DNA from: Asterias rubens
Taxonomy: Eukaryota
NCBI RefSeq assembly: GCF_902459465.1
Contig: NC_047080.1
Coordinates: 12,214,001-12,278,000 of the forward strand
DNA length: 64,000 nucleotides
Reading direction: 5' to 3'
Shown here: positions 60,901-64,000 of the stretch, in pieces
How the letters are laid out: each line of letters starts with the position of its first letter
How positions within the stretch are numbered: the stretch's first letter is position 1
Notes under the pieces: model-generated
What the model was told of the DNA's origin: nothing
What the model saw: the letters and a program-made list of their open reading frames with translations, nothing else
Databases searched by the model: none
Translations under genes and position numbers: made by a program

Positions 60901-63077
60901 TTGTACATGATCAACATCTACAACAACAAGGATGGATGGCAGTTGTGGCTAATCTCGAAGATATTACAAGGTACAAGTCTAAATTGCAGTAGTTTGTTTA
61001 CTTTCTTGTTCGTCCGCAAAAGTGTATCGATCAGATTTTTTGTATTCAAAATTTTGTTTTATGCAAGTTTTGTCCCAAACGAGGCTTGTCTATCTAGAAC
61101 ACACGCCTTGCGCAAGAGAGATGCAAGCAAGTTGACCATGAGTTATTTACAAAGATGTTGCTCATTTTTTGCAGTGCTTTTGAGCAACGTGCTGTCGCAT
61201 TCAAGCAGAGCATGAAAGAATTCCTTGCAGATCGACCTCAGCTTTTGCTCCAGCTGACGGAGTTTGAAGAAATACTGATTCTTCTAGAGAAGACACCACT
61301 ACTGCCTTGCTTAGTAGAGGAGAGCTGTATTATTAACAAGGAGATATTACAAGACGGTAGCACTGTCTCATTAATGCAGTGGATTAGTAGTCAGGTATGG
61401 TGACAAGAAAGAAAGATTAGTCAAAGAAAGATTAACAGAATACCCTTAAACTACACACCCACCCCAAGTGGGCTACACACTTGTTTACAAACTGAGTTCC
61501 AATCTTGTTTACAAACTGAATTTCAACCTTGTTTACAAACCGAATTCCAACCTTGTTTACAAACTGAGTTAGAATATTGTTTACCAGCCGAGTTCCAACC
61601 TTGTTTACAAACTGAGTTCCAACCTTGTTTACAAACTGAGTTAGAATATTGTTTACAAACTGAGTTCCAACCTTGTTTACAAACTGAGTTATAATCTTGT
61701 TTACAAACTGAGTTCACACTTTGTTTACAAACTGAGTTAGAATATTGTTCCAAGTCTGATTGACGACCTTGTTTACCTGAGTTACAACCTCTCCCAAACT
61801 TAAGTGGCAACCCTGTGCCGAACTAAGTTCTGACCTTGTTTACAAACTGAGTTACAGCCTTGTCCCCGAACCTTGTTACACTAAGAAGATACACCGATCT
61901 CTCCCCCTACTTACTACAGGACCAACGAAGCACACTTGAGCAAATGGCACAGCAGTGTACAAAGAGCCTTGACCAGTTCAATCAACAGGTTCTTGATGCT
62001 ATGTCAACAGAAATCAACAAAACTCTGGGTAAGTTTAGACAAATCTGTTAATGATGATTTTATAGAGCACCTTATGCAGAAAATAGTGCTTAAACAACTT
62101 TCTGGTAAGCAGAATTTCTTTTTATTAGAATGTCTTTGTTTTGTTGCTACTGTCAACAGGTGATGTAAACAATGGGAGCATGAAGGAGGTTAAAGGTCTG
62201 GGAGAGAGGTTGTTTGGTTTGGAGCAACTCCTCACCAACGCACAGAAGGTCTTACAAGAACAAGCTGAGATGGCACAGGTATAAGCCCGACTATCTGACA
62301 TTACACCTCAAGGCCCAGGCCCTTCCAGATACTGACCTTTACAACCTGCAAGTTTTCTGCCAAATGTACCTTTGACCTTGCATGACCTACAGTGGGTGCG
62401 TTCGATTAGCTTTCCTTGGTTGACCCCTTGGGTGAGCCCCTGACAAGAGCTAATCGAACGATCACTCACCATCTCATGGTAACGTCATGCACCTCGGGCC
62501 AGCCCTAAGTGACCCGTTCCCCAAGCAGGGCACTGGGGACTGACCTGGGTGAGCCCCTGGAATGACATCAAAGCTATTCGAATGTACCGGGGACAGACTG
62601 GGGTCGACTCGGGGAAGTTAATCGAGCCGCACCAAGTGTAGTTACTTACATATAACACTTGCTCGTGTGTGTAATATCAGTCTGGTGTCTGTGGTTCTTT
62701 GCATGTCTATCCACTGAATCAAAGAACAGTACCTGTCTTTATCCTTTTGTAGTGTTGATACAATTGTAGCGTTTTATCTACTTGCATGTAAGATAATTTA
62801 CTGAGATAATCCAGTAATTTCATTCTGATTCTGCAGGGTTTTCTTTGAAGGTGGAACCAGGTAATGTTTTAGTTTGTATGCTTTCTAATCAGGGGATGGT
62901 ACAGAATCAGACTCGAGCCAGTAACTTGAACGACACGTCCGTACTACCGGATCTTTGCAAGAGTCACCAGCAGCAACTGACTGTAATGTACAAGAAACAC
63001 TGCCAACTTGTTGAGATAAGTCGACGTTGCCAGGCCGCGAAGGAGGAACTCTGTCATAACCTTCACGTCCGACTAAG
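57930..63077 (+). CDS. RB1CC1: RB1-inducible coiled-coil protein 1 (FIP200/ATG11-like), 5' partial; gene continues beyond the window
   Basis: Coding exons 57930-57997 (MLYVFMVNTG), 58799-58925 (RVCSYSAGT), 59928-60098 (DTNPIFLF...RTQLAL), 60855-60970 (CEGLVHDQHLQQQGW), 61175-61394, 61920-62028, 62160-62278, 62893-63077 (SVLPDLC...NLHVRL); phases consistent. Probable 5'-UTR exon with a donor at 57775 and an acceptor at 57894. Confidence 0.93.
59255..59410. repeat. 39-bp minisatellite, 4 identical copies
   Basis: Unit aacagtggcagcctgtccattcttgtatgccatgtttgt. Confidence 0.95.
59548..59722. mobile_element. Near-palindromic 175-bp MITE with TA duplication
   Basis: TA|AAGGCCCGGTCCCACTGCAGCGATAACGAGAAC ... 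reverse complement|TA; arms pair over about 70 bp around a 27-nt loop. Confidence 0.85.
60212..60640. repeat. Degenerate tandem repeat, about 4 units of 104-110 bp
   Basis: The anchor gtaactca..cca.actgttgga recurs at 60214, 60320, 60430 and 60534. Confidence 0.8.
61479..61860. repeat. 24-bp minisatellite (cttgtttacaaactgagttccaac and variants)
   Basis: About 11-12 units plus a decayed right flank, in an RB1CC1 intron. Confidence 0.9.
62394..62634. mobile_element. Possible PIF/Harbinger-like MITE with 3-bp AGT duplication
   Basis: agt|GGGTGCGTTCGATTAGCTT ... AAGTTAATCGAGCCGCACCA|agt, with imperfect TIRs. Confidence 0.55.
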
Positions 63078-63121
63078 GTAAAGGGCCAGAGAAACATGTA
63101 AAACATTAACAAGATCAACAG

Positions 63122-63298
63122 GGTCAAATTTCATGGCTCTGCTTATCGTGAGCAAAGAATCAACGCTTACGGAAGCAGGAAATTCTTTGCTAACGTCATG
63201 CGTATTTCATGGGTTAGCGGGGAATTTTGGTTTGTGCGTTTGCGTCCTCCAGGTTACTAGGCAATCTACGCTTACACAGCTAGCGCAGAAATTGGGCA
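63122..63298. mobile_element. PIF/Harbinger-like MITE (GGCCCAATTTC family)
   Basis: cag|GGTCAAATTTCATGG ... GAAATTGGGCA; a related terminus lies at 14895-14931. Confidence 0.6.
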
Positions 63299-63615
63299 CT
63301 TGCTGTGCAAGCGTAGAATGATGATTGTAAGTGCAGAATTCGGCGGTATGTTGAGCCTTGAAATTAAACCCTGATGAGGAAGCTGATATTTGCCATACAA
63401 CTAAAATGAAATGACCTGCCTCCAAGTAAGTATACACTGATAACTACAAACACAGCATTCTCTGCTGCATGGAAGCTTTGACTCTGTGAAGCTTCCTTGG
63501 TGTATCAAAAACAATGTCTTGTTACAACAACAAAAAGTGAGAAAATAGAATTAGCCTTTGCAAAGTGCTTACCAACCAAAAGGACCTATGGTATAAATGC
63601 AAAAGAATAGTTAAT

Positions 63616-63656
63616 GGCCTGACGTTTCAACCATAGCAGAGTCTTTCTTGAAGGCT
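63616..63656 (-). repeat. Degenerate copy of the Penelope-type hammerhead repeat
   Basis: Minus strand gcct-TCAAGAA-a-gactctgctatggtt-GAAA-cgtc-aggc; core G5 is lost and stem II is broken. Confidence 0.65.
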
Positions 63657-64000
63657 ACATGACAACACAACAAACATGAACAGGTTACCAACTGTAAAGC
63701 TTTTTAATAACTAATGTTATATTTTTTAATTATTGTAAATTATGCCGCAATTCAGCGGTATGCTGCGATGGCATTTTTGAATAAATAAACCATAAACCAT
63801 AAACAACTGTAACATAAGCAGTGAAGTGGAAATACATGAATAGAGAAAGAGAGACTCAGAAAGCACACAGTAAAAGCAACTAACAACAACAAGTATTAGA
63901 CTCGGTATGTTAATGACTTGACCTGTCTGTTTATGCTGATTTTTGTCTGTGCCAAACTTGCTCTTCAGATGGATCATGTATGTAGAGCAGCAGATAAGTG

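Overview
Eukaryotic, AT-rich, intron-rich metazoan genomic DNA. It is probably an invertebrate deuterostome such as a sea star; this is an inference from gene content, one unduplicated pappalysin and the repeat landscape. Six spliced protein-coding genes were rebuilt by hand with GT-AG junctions and consistent reading phases: PSMB7 (+, 12825-15622), YJU2/CCDC94 (-, 16963-21829), a complete 20-exon pappalysin PAPPA (-, 25010-45200, about 1625 aa), an unrecognised 7-exon type I membrane protein with a furin-type site, one TSP1 repeat and a Tyr/Pro-motif tail (-, 47885-51666), PTGES2 (-, 53483-56250) and the 5' part of RB1CC1/FIP200 (+, from 57930, running off the window). The first 12.8 kb has no recognisable CDS, only a possible leader exon of a minus-strand gene. 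Non-coding DNA holds TTAA-flanked (Kolobok-type) and Harbinger-like MITEs, tRNA-derived SINEs, LINE tails, Penelope-type minimal hammerhead motifs, several minisatellites (one is 39 identical 45-bp units) and a 179-N assembly gap. No CRISPR array, rRNA, true tRNA gene or autonomous transposon was found. The best candidates for something undescribed are the orphan TSP1 receptor with Nck-type docking motifs, an apparently intact hammerhead variant at 6250-6288, an in-frame alternative first exon in RB1CC1, and the proto-MHC-like gene linkage. No database searches were run; gene identities rest on recalled motifs of the human orthologues.
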